A stretch of 63,667 nucleotides of DNA, the filler included, from Candidatus Woesearchaeota archaeon (GTDB lineage Archaea > Nanobdellota > Nanobdellia > Woesearchaeales > GCA-2685855): NCBI GenBank assembly GCA_002685855.1. It is 5 parts of 5 records of this genome, joined end to end, with 100 filler letters (N's around TTAATTAATTAA, not from the genome) between each part and the next. Parts side by side here need not be neighbours in the genome. Positions count along the whole stretch, not along the records: positions 1 to 21,309 come from NYYS01000011.1; 4 more parts are not named here. One strand, 5' to 3'. How positions within the stretch are numbered: position 1 is the first letter of the stretch; each line of letters begins with the position of its first letter. The notes beneath the pieces were generated by a model. The model did not search any database. It saw only the letters and a list, made by a program, of their open reading frames with translations, and was not told the origin of the DNA. The translations under genes were made by a program, and so were the position numbers. This document shows, one piece after another, positions 1-9,778 of the stretch.

Positions 1-1023
1 AGACAAATCTGTTGTCAACACAACATCATACTCTGCCTCTGCTGGTACTTCCACTAGTTCTCCTTCTGTTCGAACCCACATCTCTCCACCTTCAATCCTC
101 TTCACCTTCTCAATAAACGTAATAGAATTACTAAGACGTGTTATGGGGAGGACAGAAGGTGTATATGTAGTAACAGGAGTATCAAATGCATTCACAGATC
201 TCAGATCACAATCAGAAACAGGAATCACAACTACTTCCTCATCAAATTCATCAAACTCATCCCAAACAGTTAATTTAATTTTATGGTCAACTTCCATCAG
301 AGGTGTAAAAGTAGCCACAACTTCCTGATCATTACTCAAAGTCGGACCCGCTGGTACAACAATCTCCCACAAATAACGCAATTCCCCTCCTTCAGGATCC
401 GAACTACGATCTCCATATAACGTGACCTCGCCCGTATTCAACGTAACCAAATCAGGTTCATAACGAATAACAGCAACAGGAGGCTCATTGCATAAAGCAT
501 GATTATCATTCCAATCATCAAACCCCAACTCTGTATAATCCTTCACTCCCTTAAGCTCTAACTCCACCCTACCATGATTACTCTTCACACACCCAAACCA
601 GGGACAAGGCAAACTAAATCCTTCAATCACAAAACTCTCTTCCAATCCAGACTTTGAAAAAAGAAATACATTCTCCTCTACCCCACTCTCAACCGCACTC
701 CCAACAATACCATATTCTTCAAACAGCTCAGGAATCTTATCCCTTTCATCCCAAAGATCATACCTAAAGTTCATATCAACAAAACACACCTCTTCAATAG
801 CAGAAGGAACATAAAAACTCTTTGTCTCAATCGAACCAAACTTTCCTACCTGTGCCTGCGTAGCAAGCTCTAAATCATTCTCCAGCTTCACAATATCAAC
901 CGACTCTTTTGTCTCCCCAACATCCTTTATCGCAAAATACCCAAAAAACAGCAATCCTACAACCACAATAAGAATAAACACCGTAATAATAACCTGTCCA
1001 ATCTGACCCGTTCTACTAAACAT
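1..1023 (-). CDS. Secreted/pilin-like protein with class III-type signal peptide (3' end outside window; not in ORF track)
   Basis: Manual translation from ATG at 1023: MFSRTG|QIGQVIITVFILIVVVGLLFFGYFAIK..., with GAGGT SD upstream. I translated only the N-terminal part; the frame appears to run off the window start. Confidence 0.7.
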   Translation of the reverse strand, partial: MFSRTGQIGQVIITVFILIVVVGLLFFGYFAIKDVGETKESVDIVKLENDLELATQAQVGKFGSIETKSFYVPSAIEEVCFVDMNFRYDLWDERDKIPELFEEYGIVGSAVESGVEENVFLFSKSGLEESFVIEGFSLPCPWFGCVKSNHGRVELELKGVKDYTELGFDDWNDNHALCNEPPVAVIRYEPDLVTLNTGEVTLYGDRSSDPEGGELRYLWEIVVPAGPTLSNDQEVVATFTPLMEVDHKIKLTVWDEFDEFDEEVVVIPVSDCDLRSVNAFDTPVTTYTPSVLPITRLSNSITFIEKVKRIEGGEMWVRTEGELVEVPAEAEYDVVLTTDLS

Positions 1024-1054
1024 ACCTCAACCAAAGAACACGCCTTTTTAAATA

Positions 1055-1240
1055 TTACTCCTTCTTTTCAACATGGAACACGTTCTTAGTGCCCTTCCGC
1101 AAATTCCCAAGAATCTGATCCTTGGCCATCTCAAGCAATCCAATAGCCTCCAAAGGAGCCACATCCTTCCCCTGAATATGCGTCTGAATCTGATCACCCA
1201 GCACAAATCGCACCTGAAAAAACTTCCCTTTCTCTGCCAT
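1055..1240 (-). CDS. Small hypothetical protein (61 aa, MAEKGKFFQV...)
   Basis: ATG at 1240 with GGGGTGG SD; divergent from leuS. Confidence 0.65.
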   Translation of the reverse strand: MAEKGKFFQVRFVLGDQIQTHIQGKDVAPLEAIGLLEMAKDQILGNLRKGTKNVFHVEKKE

Positions 1241-1298
1241 CCATCCACAACCACCCCCTAATTTAAGTAGTTTTCCCTCCGAAAAACCATCCATAAAC

Positions 1299-1306
1299 TT
1301 TATAAA
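1299..1306 (+). promoter_or_regulatory. TATA box TTTATAAA of the leuS leader transcript (possibly bidirectional)
   Basis: TTTATAAA preceded by an A-rich BRE-like tract; ATG of the leader uORF 22 nt downstream. Confidence 0.65.
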
Positions 1307-1327
1307 ACTCCCCTTGTAACCAGCTCT

Positions 1328-1372
1328 ATGATCACTCTCTCAGATCACAGGATTCTGCTTCTGTTGAGCTAG
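1328..1372 (+). CDS. Putative leucine leader peptide [14 protein letters not shown] upstream of leuS
   Basis: ATG ATC ACT CTC TCA GAT CAC AGG ATT CTG CTT CTG TTG AGC TAG; four tandem Leu codons; ends 52 nt before the leuS ATG. Confidence 0.7.
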   Translation: MITLSDHRILLLLS

Positions 1373-1424
1373 AGGGAACTCTGCCCTCAATCTAGATAAA
1401 AAACAAGGCAGAGATCACTGGAAA

Positions 1425-4106
1425 ATGGTCGAATACAACCCAAAAGAAATTGAAAAAAAATGGCAGGAGTTCTGGCAAAAAAATGCCACCTTCAAAGTAG
1501 ATGAGAAAGCAGATAAAAAGTTCTACTGCCTTGAAATGTTTCCCTACCCTTCAGGCGCCCTCCACATGGGTCACCTCAGAAACTACAGTATAGGTGATGC
1601 CTACAGCAGATACAAACGAATGACTGGCCATGCAGTTCTCTACCCTATGGGCTACGACGCATTCGGCCTTCCAGCAGAGAACGCTGCCATAAAAAAAGGA
1701 GCAAACCCCTCTAAATGGACCCATAAAAACATCGACGCCATCAAAGCACAACAACAACGTCTTGGCCTCAGCTACGACTGGGATCGTGAAGTAGCAACCT
1801 GCGATGCAGACTATTACAAATGGAACCAATGGATCTTTCTCCAACTTCTCAAAAAAGGACTAGCATACAGAAAATCTTCCAGCGTCAACTGGTGTCCCTC
1901 ATGCAACACCGTCCTTGCCAACGAACAAGTAGAGGATGGAAAATGCTGGAGATGCAAATCTCTCGTCGACAAAAAGAACCTCGAACAATGGTTCCTAAAA
2001 ATAACAGAATATGCAGAAGAGCTCCTCAACGACCTCGAAACTCTTGATAAGTGGCCTGAAAAAGTAAGAATCATGCAAAAAAACTGGATCGGAAAAAGCC
2101 ACGGCATCGACATCTACTTCAAAGTAGACGGCTCAAAAGAACAACTCACAGCCTACACAACCAGACCAGACACCCTATTTTCAGTAACATTCATCGTCAT
2201 CGCACCCGAACATCCAATCGTCGAAAAACTCATCAAAGGAACAAAACAGGAAAAAACAGTAAAACAACTCATTGAAAAAATCAAGATGCAGCCCGAACTC
2301 GAACGAACCTCTCCCTCAGGAAAAGATAAACTCGGCGCATTCCTCGGAAAATATGCAATCAACCCAGCAAACAATGAAAAAATTCCTATCTACATTGCAA
2401 ACTTTGCACTCCTCGACTATGGAACAGGAATAGTCATGGCAGACGCACACGACGAAAGAGACTTTGAATTTGCAAATAAATACAAAATACCCCTTAAATT
2501 TGTCATCTCCAAAGATGGAAAACCCATAGACCCAAAGAAAGCAGCAGGCGCATACATAGACGATGGCATCCTCTTTGACTCAGGAGAATTCTCAGGCATG
2601 CACAACAGAGAAGCACTACCAAAAATTGCAGAATGGCTCGAAAACAACAAAAAAGGAGAACGAACTATCAACTACAAACTACGAGACTGGCTCATCTCAC
2701 GACAAAGATACTGGGGAACACCCATACCTGTCATCTACTGCGAACACTGCGGCGTCCAACCCGTCCCAGAAAACCAACTGCCTGTCCTCCTCCCTGAAAA
2801 AGTCAAATTTACAGGAGAAGGAAATCCTCTTTCAACAGCAAAAGAGTTTATCCAGACAAAATGCCCCTCTTGCAAACAACCAGCACAACGAGAAACAGAC
2901 ACTATGGATACCTTTTTCGACAGCAGCTGGTACTTCCTAAGATATTGCGATCCAAAAAATACAAAGCTCCCCTTCTCAAAAGAAAAAGCAGACTACTGGA
3001 TGCCTGTCGAGCAATACATCGGTGGTATTGAACACGCAATCCTCCACCTTCTTTATGCGCGGTTCTTCACAAAAGCACTACGAGACCTCAACCTCCTAAC
3101 AACAAACGAACCCTTCTTAAGACTACTCTGCCAGGGAATGGTCATAAAAGACGGCCAAAAGATGTCAAAATCATTCGGAAACGTAGTAGACCCCATGAAC
3201 ATCATCAACGAATACGGTGCAGATACTGCTAGAGTGTTCATGCTCTTTGCAGCACTTCCAGAAAAAGAGCTCGATTGGTCAGATAAGGGAGTCCAATCCG
3301 CCTTCAAATTCCTCAACCGAATCTTCCGTCTCCTCGAACCCGATATAGAAGCAGGATCAGGAGAACTCTCAACCAAAGACCGCTGGATTATCGGAAAAGA
3401 GCATCGAACAATAAAAACAGTCACAGAAAACCTTGAAAAATTCAGGTTCAGCCTGGCAATCGGTGCACTCATGGAATTTGTCAATGCAATCTATAAATAC
3501 AGAGAAAACCAGATTAACAAACTCGTCTATGATTCATTGATTAAAAATCTTTCCCTTCTCCTTGCACCCTTTGCCCCGCACATAGCTGAAGAGATGTGGA
3601 ACCAACTTGGAAACAAAGATCCAATATCAAAAGCACAATGGCCAAAACACAATCCTAAAAAAATTGACCGCGTTGCAGAATCAATAGAAGAACTCATCTC
3701 TGTTGTTACAGCAGACATCTCTTCCCTTAAAAAACTCATAAAAAAAGAACCCAAAAAGATAATCCTCTTCATAGCTGCAGACTGGAAATTCGACTTCGCA
3801 ATACAAATTAAAGATCTCCTGGATAAAACACGCAACCCCGGAGAGATCATGAAAGAAATCTTTTCAACAGACCTTAAACAAAAAAGTGCAGCAATAACAA
3901 AGCTCGTCCCAAAATTAGTAAAGGACCCAACAAAACTCCCTCTTTATGTACTCTCTCAAAGCAAAGAGATATCTGGCCTGGAAGAAGCAAAGGAAGATCT
4001 CGAAAAAGAGTTCTCCTGCACCATAGAAATCATTGCAGAACAAAAAGCAAAAGATCCTAAAGCAGCAAATGCATTTCCAGGCAAACCTGCTCTTCTCATG
4101 GAATAA
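1425..4106 (+). CDS. leuS: Leucyl-tRNA synthetase (bacterial-type core, archaeal-like C-terminus)
   Basis: [19 protein letters not shown] editing motif, [15 protein letters not shown]. Confidence 0.98.
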   Translation: MVEYNPKEIEKKWQEFWQKNATFKVDEKADKKFYCLEMFPYPSGALHMGHLRNYSIGDAYSRYKRMTGHAVLYPMGYDAFGLPAENAAIKKGANPSKWTHKNIDAIKAQQQRLGLSYDWDREVATCDADYYKWNQWIFLQLLKKGLAYRKSSSVNWCPSCNTVLANEQVEDGKCWRCKSLVDKKNLEQWFLKITEYAEELLNDLETLDKWPEKVRIMQKNWIGKSHGIDIYFKVDGSKEQLTAYTTRPDTLFSVTFIVIAPEHPIVEKLIKGTKQEKTVKQLIEKIKMQPELERTSPSGKDKLGAFLGKYAINPANNEKIPIYIANFALLDYGTGIVMADAHDERDFEFANKYKIPLKFVISKDGKPIDPKKAAGAYIDDGILFDSGEFSGMHNREALPKIAEWLENNKKGERTINYKLRDWLISRQRYWGTPIPVIYCEHCGVQPVPENQLPVLLPEKVKFTGEGNPLSTAKEFIQTKCPSCKQPAQRETDTMDTFFDSSWYFLRYCDPKNTKLPFSKEKADYWMPVEQYIGGIEHAILHLLYARFFTKALRDLNLLTTNEPFLRLLCQGMVIKDGQKMSKSFGNVVDPMNIINEYGADTARVFMLFAALPEKELDWSDKGVQSAFKFLNRIFRLLEPDIEAGSGELSTKDRWIIGKEHRTIKTVTENLEKFRFSLAIGALMEFVNAIYKYRENQINKLVYDSLIKNLSLLLAPFAPHIAEEMWNQLGNKDPISKAQWPKHNPKKIDRVAESIEELISVVTADISSLKKLIKKEPKKIILFIAADWKFDFAIQIKDLLDKTRNPGEIMKEIFSTDLKQKSAAITKLVPKLVKDPTKLPLYVLSQSKEISGLEEAKEDLEKEFSCTIEIIAEQKAKDPKAANAFPGKPALLME

Positions 4107-4196
4107 GAAGAGAATATCCACACTATTTTTTTCATTTATAAATAAATCCTGAAAACTTTATATAACTCCTTCTCTTTCCAAAAAAAAGGTGAAAAA

Positions 4197-4451
4197 ATGG
4201 CCACCTCTAACAAAAGAGTCGGTCGACAACTCGTAGGACCCCAAGAAGAAAAGGAATATCATGACTTTCTACTAGGAAGACCAAACGACAGCTATCTTTA
4301 CCCTTCTCTAAACTGGGAAGAGTACCCTGCCGACAAAGTAAGATCCTTCTTTGAAACAGCAAGAGAAAAACTCGAGAAACTTTTAGAATCAAAAGAAAAA
4401 AAAACAAGTTTTCAAAAAAAACAAATAAAGGTGTTGAATCCTGGACAATAA
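4197..4451 (+). CDS. Hypothetical protein
   Basis: TTTATATA promoter and AGGTGA SD upstream. Confidence 0.7.
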   Translation: MATSNKRVGRQLVGPQEEKEYHDFLLGRPNDSYLYPSLNWEEYPADKVRSFFETAREKLEKLLESKEKKTSFQKKQIKVLNPGQ

Positions 4452-4460
4452 AGAGATAAT

Positions 4461-5405
4461 CTACTCCTCCATCCCCATTCGTATCTCGGTCATATCCAGA
4501 ATAAGCTCGATAATTTGAGATAACCCCCCAAGAAGAACATTCTCCTCTTTGGAAAGTTTTGGACTTACAGAAAACAAATGATTTCTAAACGTATCACGAT
4601 GCTCATCCAGCTCTGAAATTTTCCCCAGCTGGTAATTATAAAACAATGCATAATACTGTTTAAACGATGATTGGATCTCCTGAAGAAGATTAAATGCTTC
4701 TTTATGTTCAATAGAGAGATTAAATGTCATCATATAGCGGGAAGCATTCTTTACAATGTCTTCAATCTTACTCAATAAGGAAATAATCGTAAAATAAAAA
4801 CAGGTCTGCTTTGAATCCTCGTGGCCATACTTATTAAGCAGCCGTAAACAGAAATTAATGAACTTTTTCAGATTATTGTGCTGGAACTCGATTGATCGCA
4901 ATATCTCGTGATCATTCTGTTCAGCACCCCCGATGAACGTTTCCATCATCTCTAGTACTAATAGAAATATTCTTCGTAAGACTGTTGGAAAGTCCTTAAA
5001 AGATTCTTCAGCAATTCTCTTAATAATATAGTGGTTTTTTGATGCCTGAATGACTTCTGCTCCAACAAGCCTATTCGTCAATTCATAGATTGTAACACCC
5101 ACACCCACATTTTTTTTAAGCCGATAATGAGGAAACACCGTAGAATTGCAGTGAATCTCTATTGAATCATATCCATAACAGTACATTCCCTGTATTAAGA
5201 GGTGGACGGTTGTCCGATCCAGATTATCAATCTTCACACAAATCTCTCGCTCTTTTGAGTTTGTTTGCCCTGCAATGAGAATTCCACTTCCTTTCTCCTC
5301 CAGATTTATCTCGTCTCCTGCAGAAATATTTTGTTTTGATGTCCATTTTCGTGGTAATGTTATTGTTAATGTATTATTTCCTTGTTTGATCACTTTTCGT
5401 TTCAT
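4461..5405 (-). CDS. AbrB-domain/PhoU-like phosphate uptake regulator
   Basis: N-terminal MKRKVIKQGNNTLTITLPRKW AbrB-like motif followed by a helical PhoU-like domain. Confidence 0.85.
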   Translation of the reverse strand: MKRKVIKQGNNTLTITLPRKWTSKQNISAGDEINLEEKGSGILIAGQTNSKEREICVKIDNLDRTTVHLLIQGMYCYGYDSIEIHCNSTVFPHYRLKKNVGVGVTIYELTNRLVGAEVIQASKNHYIIKRIAEESFKDFPTVLRRIFLLVLEMMETFIGGAEQNDHEILRSIEFQHNNLKKFINFCLRLLNKYGHEDSKQTCFYFTIISLLSKIEDIVKNASRYMMTFNLSIEHKEAFNLLQEIQSSFKQYYALFYNYQLGKISELDEHRDTFRNHLFSVSPKLSKEENVLLGGLSQIIELILDMTEIRMGMEE

Positions 5406-5531
5406 ACAAAGAGAAAATGAATAATACTATATAAACATTCCGAAATAATAGTGTACTAGTGCGCTATATATTAAATAGTCAAAAAAGATATATTAGTGGG
5501 CATCTTTCTTATTACTGATGGGGTGATACTG

Positions 5532-5996
5532 ATGAAGGAGCAAGATACATTTGAAGTAGAAATAGAAAGATCTCTCACGAGACTCGTCCAAGTAAGAAAT
5601 AGCGTAGGAGACAATACAGTGTGGAGTGAAAAAACAACCTACTTTCTTAGAGAAGAAGATTTTGATGCAATAGAAGCATCTCGCAATGGAAATGGCTGTG
5701 TACATATCGAATGTCCTGCATTAGCAGTCCAACAAGCTGCAGAAGGAGACTATTCAAACCCAACCAAAAAAGGCACCTATGTGGCCATCGCAAAAAAGGG
5801 CGTTCTCTCTGGCGAAATTTACATGCTTAAAGATGGAACCTCCAACATTCAGGCTCTCACATTAAACCCACGTAGGCAGGGAAGAACATTAATAGCTGCT
5901 TCACCCAAGGCATTAGATGAAGAGATAGATAAAGAAATACGCCACTTTGTAGAAAATCCCCAGTCAACCACATATAGTCCAAAGCAGGTGTGGTAA
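5532..5996 (+). CDS. Hypothetical protein
   Basis: GGGGTGA SD before ATG at 5532; overlaps the next ORF. Confidence 0.7.
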   Translation: MKEQDTFEVEIERSLTRLVQVRNSVGDNTVWSEKTTYFLREEDFDAIEASRNGNGCVHIECPALAVQQAAEGDYSNPTKKGTYVAIAKKGVLSGEIYMLKDGTSNIQALTLNPRRQGRTLIAASPKALDEEIDKEIRHFVENPQSTTYSPKQVW

Positions 5997-6571
5997 AAAT
6001 GAAATCACTAATTGCCAAATTGAAAAGAATATCAGGCGGTATTCCGAGACACCAAACAAAACCACAAAGAGAGCCAGATCCCCTTGTAGAAAAAATCATC
6101 AGCTTATATCAAGGGTTCACAGCAGATCCAGATCGCAAAAGAGAGAAAGAAATAGATGTTTCTAAACATGTTCATCACACAGCCTATGGCTGTGCCATAA
6201 CACTATATATTCATCCTGGAAAAAGGGGATTCAGTTCAGATAACCCTCATGTGTGGTATGAAATTCCAGCAGCAAATTTTATTCCTCTTATCGATCCTTT
6301 ATTGGTAGGGGAGACTGTTGAACTCTTTACACCCGCACGAACTGAAGAGGATAACGACGATCCAGGAGAGTGGCTTCAGATGTCAGGAACTCACGCTCTT
6401 GCAGGCGACCTTACAGCTCAAATCTTTTGGAAAGAAGGCGTTATTAAATATAATACTATTAGGTTCCAATATGACATGATGCGTACCGGACACGGTGAAG
6501 GTCTCAGTACAGAATCCTTTATGCGAAGACATTCCACATTAAACTTTGTAGATCAACCTACACCTCTATAA
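5990..6571 (+). CDS. Hypothetical protein
   Basis: 193-aa ORF coupled to the upstream gene. Confidence 0.7.
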   Translation: MVKMKSLIAKLKRISGGIPRHQTKPQREPDPLVEKIISLYQGFTADPDRKREKEIDVSKHVHHTAYGCAITLYIHPGKRGFSSDNPHVWYEIPAANFIPLIDPLLVGETVELFTPARTEEDNDDPGEWLQMSGTHALAGDLTAQIFWKEGVIKYNTIRFQYDMMRTGHGEGLSTESFMRRHSTLNFVDQPTPL

Positions 6572-6583
6572 ATGGAGAATACT

Positions 6584-6724
6584 ATGAAAAACCAACCCAA
6601 TCCTAAAAAAGATTACCATAGACTCCTCGCCTGCTCAGTAACCTTTAAAGAAACACAATTTCATAAGGCCATTAAATACAAATCTCGGCAGCAACTCATC
6701 CAAGACCTGTTAACAGCAATGTAA
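6584..6724 (+). CDS. Possible small protein MKNQPNPKKDYHRLLACSV... (46 aa)
   Basis: GGAG SD then ATG directly after the previous stop; below the ORF-track cutoff. Confidence 0.4.
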   Translation: MKNQPNPKKDYHRLLACSVTFKETQFHKAIKYKSRQQLIQDLLTAM

Positions 6725-6777
6725 AACTATTTATATGAGCTGTATTTATACAGAAGAGATCAACAGGATATACAAAA

Positions 6778-7248
6778 ATGGCCACACATCTCGTCGAAGG
6801 TGGCCCTGACCTGGATGAGCTTAAACGCTTATACGATCAAGGCAAATTGGACTTTCTGAAAGAAGAATTAGACACATATTTCGCTCTTCACAAAGAAGAG
6901 ATTACAGATTATTGTAGTAAAACAGGCGCACTACCAAGAAACAGACCACAAACACGTCAGGAAAACACTAATGAAAACTCCGGAAATGGAAGACGTCTTG
7001 ATGAAACAGTAGAAGAATACATTAAAAGAAAGGGTTCAATCGATTTCTATGAAGAGATCAGAGCACAAATCCATGAAATAGAAAAAGAGATCTGGATCGT
7101 GCATGAAAGAGATCCTTCAGTTCCCGATGAACAAATCCGGGAGCAATGGATAACCAAATATGCAGGAAGATGGAGGGCCTGGCGTGTGAGTGAAATACTC
7201 TATGTATTCGAACAGAACAGAAATCACTATCTCAACATGTTGAATTAA
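6778..7248 (+). CDS. Hypothetical helical protein
   Basis: TTTATATG promoter; 156-aa ORF. Confidence 0.75.
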   Translation: MATHLVEGGPDLDELKRLYDQGKLDFLKEELDTYFALHKEEITDYCSKTGALPRNRPQTRQENTNENSGNGRRLDETVEEYIKRKGSIDFYEEIRAQIHEIEKEIWIVHERDPSVPDEQIREQWITKYAGRWRAWRVSEILYVFEQNRNHYLNMLN

Positions 7249-7251
7249 AAA

Positions 7252-7522
7252 GTGTGCATGCCCAGAGGTGGACAGACGAAAAGCACATCAGTGAACCTTA
7301 CATCTTCCTCCCCTCCGCGACCCTCAAAGCACCTCTACAATACCGGTGAGCTGCTCCGATCAAGGCCTGACTCATTCTGATAAAGTAAAAGTCAATGAGG
7401 ACAAAGGATCGACAGTCCATGTAAGACTGATACACAAGCCTTCTGCCGCCCTCCAGGCTTCGTCTAACCCATAAAGCCCATTTGGTTCAGAGGTGAGGGC
7501 TGGCCACCCAGACTAGCACGCC
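7252..7522 (-). ncRNA. ffs: Archaeal signal recognition particle (7S) RNA
   Basis: About 270 nt; helix 8 GAGUCAGGCC...GGAGCAGCUC (CAGG/AGCA SRP54 site); 5' GUGCUAG pairs with the 3' end; TATA at 7541-7549 and T-run downstream. Confidence 0.88.
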
Positions 7523-7565
7523 TCGAGAAAGAACCCTTCATTTATAAATATTCTTTCTCCCTGCC

Positions 7566-7724
7566 CTATTCCATCACCTTTCGATTGCATTTTCCACACC
7601 TCCCCCCGGAAACCTCTCCTTCATAGCAGTAGGGGCAAAGTGGCCTTTTGAGAGGGTTCTCTTTTATAGAAGGTCTCCAGACAGCGTGGTGCAGCTTCCG
7701 CAGAGAATAATTGTTTATATGCAC
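7566..7724 (-). CDS. Candidate CxxC-x9-CxxC zinc-finger microprotein (52 aa, GTG start uncertain)
   Basis: ...KRPLCPYCYEGEVSGGRCGKCNRKVME*. Confidence 0.45.
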   Translation of the reverse strand: MHINNYSLRKLHHAVWRPSIKENPLKRPLCPYCYEGEVSGGRCGKCNRKVME

Positions 7725-7860
7725 CCTGATAACAAAGAAAAATAACTATTTCTAGTTTAGCCATATAAAATATATGCATTTAAAAAACACATTCTTTCCT
7801 CCCCTCCTTTTTAAACACTGAAGAAATGTTTATTAACTTGTCTCCCTTCTCATCTTCCAG

Positions 7861-8673
7861 ATGACATCATCAATAGTCTTTTTGGGTACAGGGGGAGATA
7901 GTATTGTTGTTGGTAAACAGATCCTTCGAAGTGGTGGAATTCTTCTTATCTCTGATTACAACCAATTCCATATCGATCCAGGACCCGGCGCCCTACAGTG
8001 CCTGAAAGAAAATGGCTTTAATCCTAGAGAACTCACCGCCATCTTTGTAAGCCACAACCACGTCAATCATGCCTCTGATGCCAACGCCCTTTTATCTGCA
8101 ATGACGCTTAACGGACTCGACAAAAGAGGTGTATTTATAAGCTCAAAAACAACATTCTTAGGCAATCACGAAGTAGATCCTGCAATCTCCCGCTTCCACA
8201 AAGAGCTCCCAGAAAAATCGATTGCGCTGGATGAAGGGGGAAAAATAGGCATCAACGAAATTGATATTCGTTTCACCTATACAAAACATTATGAAGCAGG
8301 AGGAGTCGGATTTAAATTCTTCACCCCTGATGCAACCATCTCCTATGTAGGTGATACAGAACTAAATGACAACCTTATCGCAGCACACCAGGGTTGCGAT
8401 GTACTCATTGTAAATGTGAAGCACCCCTTTGGAACAAAACAGAAATATCACATGGACACAGAATCTGCAGCCCGCTTTATCGAAAAGGTCAAGCCCCAAC
8501 TCGCAATCATAACCCATTATGGACTTAAAATGCTCGAAGCAGACCCGCTTGACCAGGCCCGTATGATCCAAAGACATTCAGGAGTCCAGACCATAGCTGC
8601 AAAAGACGGATCTGTCATCGTCCCTCGAACCTATATTGGAGAAAAACGCCAGAAAACACTACAAAACTACTGA
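7861..8673 (+). CDS. MBL-fold metallo-hydrolase
   Basis: FLGTGG, IDPGPG, SHNHVNH, GDT and THY motifs. Confidence 0.9.
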   Translation: MTSSIVFLGTGGDSIVVGKQILRSGGILLISDYNQFHIDPGPGALQCLKENGFNPRELTAIFVSHNHVNHASDANALLSAMTLNGLDKRGVFISSKTTFLGNHEVDPAISRFHKELPEKSIALDEGGKIGINEIDIRFTYTKHYEAGGVGFKFFTPDATISYVGDTELNDNLIAAHQGCDVLIVNVKHPFGTKQKYHMDTESAARFIEKVKPQLAIITHYGLKMLEADPLDQARMIQRHSGVQTIAAKDGSVIVPRTYIGEKRQKTLQNY

Positions 8674-8936
8674 TCTTTTCCCTTCTGCCCAGACAATTCA
8701 TTCTTCAGTCCATCCTTCTTCTCTGAAAGCCCTCTAACTCCCCCTTTTCCGGACATATCTTTCTTTGCAGCCTCCTCTTCCTGTCTAGCCTTCTCTATCT
8801 TTGCATCTGTTCTATGCACTACAAGCTTTTGAATCCCTACTATCACTAAATAAATCACTAACGCACCTAAAATGATGGACCCGATACGAACATAGGCATA
8901 TCCCGTACTAAAATCCTCGAGTAAGAGCGGTGGCAT
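8667..8936 (-). CDS. Small single-TM membrane protein
   Basis: One hydrophobic helix plus charged tail; ATG at 8936 just downstream of a TATA-like element. Confidence 0.6.
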   Translation of the reverse strand: MPPLLLEDFSTGYAYVRIGSIILGALVIYLVIVGIQKLVVHRTDAKIEKARQEEEAAKKDMSGKGGVRGLSEKKDGLKNELSGQKGKDQ

Positions 8937-9026
8937 CACATTAAGAAGGTCCTTGAATATAAATATCTTCCTCAAACAGAGCTGTACATTCGTCACCTTT
9001 TTAAATAAATATCTCCAAAAAAGAAG

Positions 9027-9731
9027 ATGATCATCAACTCAACCCTAAATAAAACAGTAAACGCTACAATCGACCTTGCTGTAGAAAGCTATACAAACTA
9101 TACCTGGATAAACACAGCAATCTTCTACATCCTCTATGCAGTTATTTACATCAAGGACGTTTTCATACCCATAACCTGGATACGCATCCAGGAGCTCGTT
9201 CTCGCCCCCTACAACAACCCTGAAATGATCTGGATGGTCATCCCCCTCTGTATTACCTTATTTATGATGGAGTTCTATTTTGGCCGCTATGTTGATGAAG
9301 AACTTGGCTGGAACTCGGCCTTTGGAAACAGCATTGTACTCATCTTCGTCTCCCTCGACCTCCTCCGATTCCTCTATGGAGATATTTCCCAAATCGCAGG
9401 AATATTCTCTCATGGCTTCGGACTCTCTGCCAAGACAATGATAGCCTTTGGAATTGGCATCCTAGGCATCCTTCTCATGTTCTTTAACTTCTTTCATTTC
9501 CTTCCAAAAAGATTTGCTTTCTGGGTATCCTCATCCCTCCCCATAAACCTCATCGCCTATGTAGGAATGGCAATAGTCTATTCAAAAGTAACCATAGACA
9601 TCTATACAGCCTTTGCAGCGATCGGCCTCTACATACTCCTCATCTTCATTTTTGGCCTGATCCACCTCATTGAGCCAGTGCACAGGGAGAAATCACTTGC
9701 CTCACTCCTCAAACGTGGACCTGAAGAATAA
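9027..9731 (+). CDS. Multi-pass membrane protein (ELGWNSAFGN motif)
   Basis: About 6 hydrophobic segments. Confidence 0.8.
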   Translation: MIINSTLNKTVNATIDLAVESYTNYTWINTAIFYILYAVIYIKDVFIPITWIRIQELVLAPYNNPEMIWMVIPLCITLFMMEFYFGRYVDEELGWNSAFGNSIVLIFVSLDLLRFLYGDISQIAGIFSHGFGLSAKTMIAFGIGILGILLMFFNFFHFLPKRFAFWVSSSLPINLIAYVGMAIVYSKVTIDIYTAFAAIGLYILLIFIFGLIHLIEPVHREKSLASLLKRGPEE

Positions 9732-9778
9732 ACTGTTAAAAACGAAAAGAATAAAAACTACTCACTCTCCTCAATACA

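Noticed and set aside
1307..1424. T-box riboswitch upstream of leuS
   Set aside because: No UGGN-ACC T-box bulge, no Stem I and no terminator; the leader is too short
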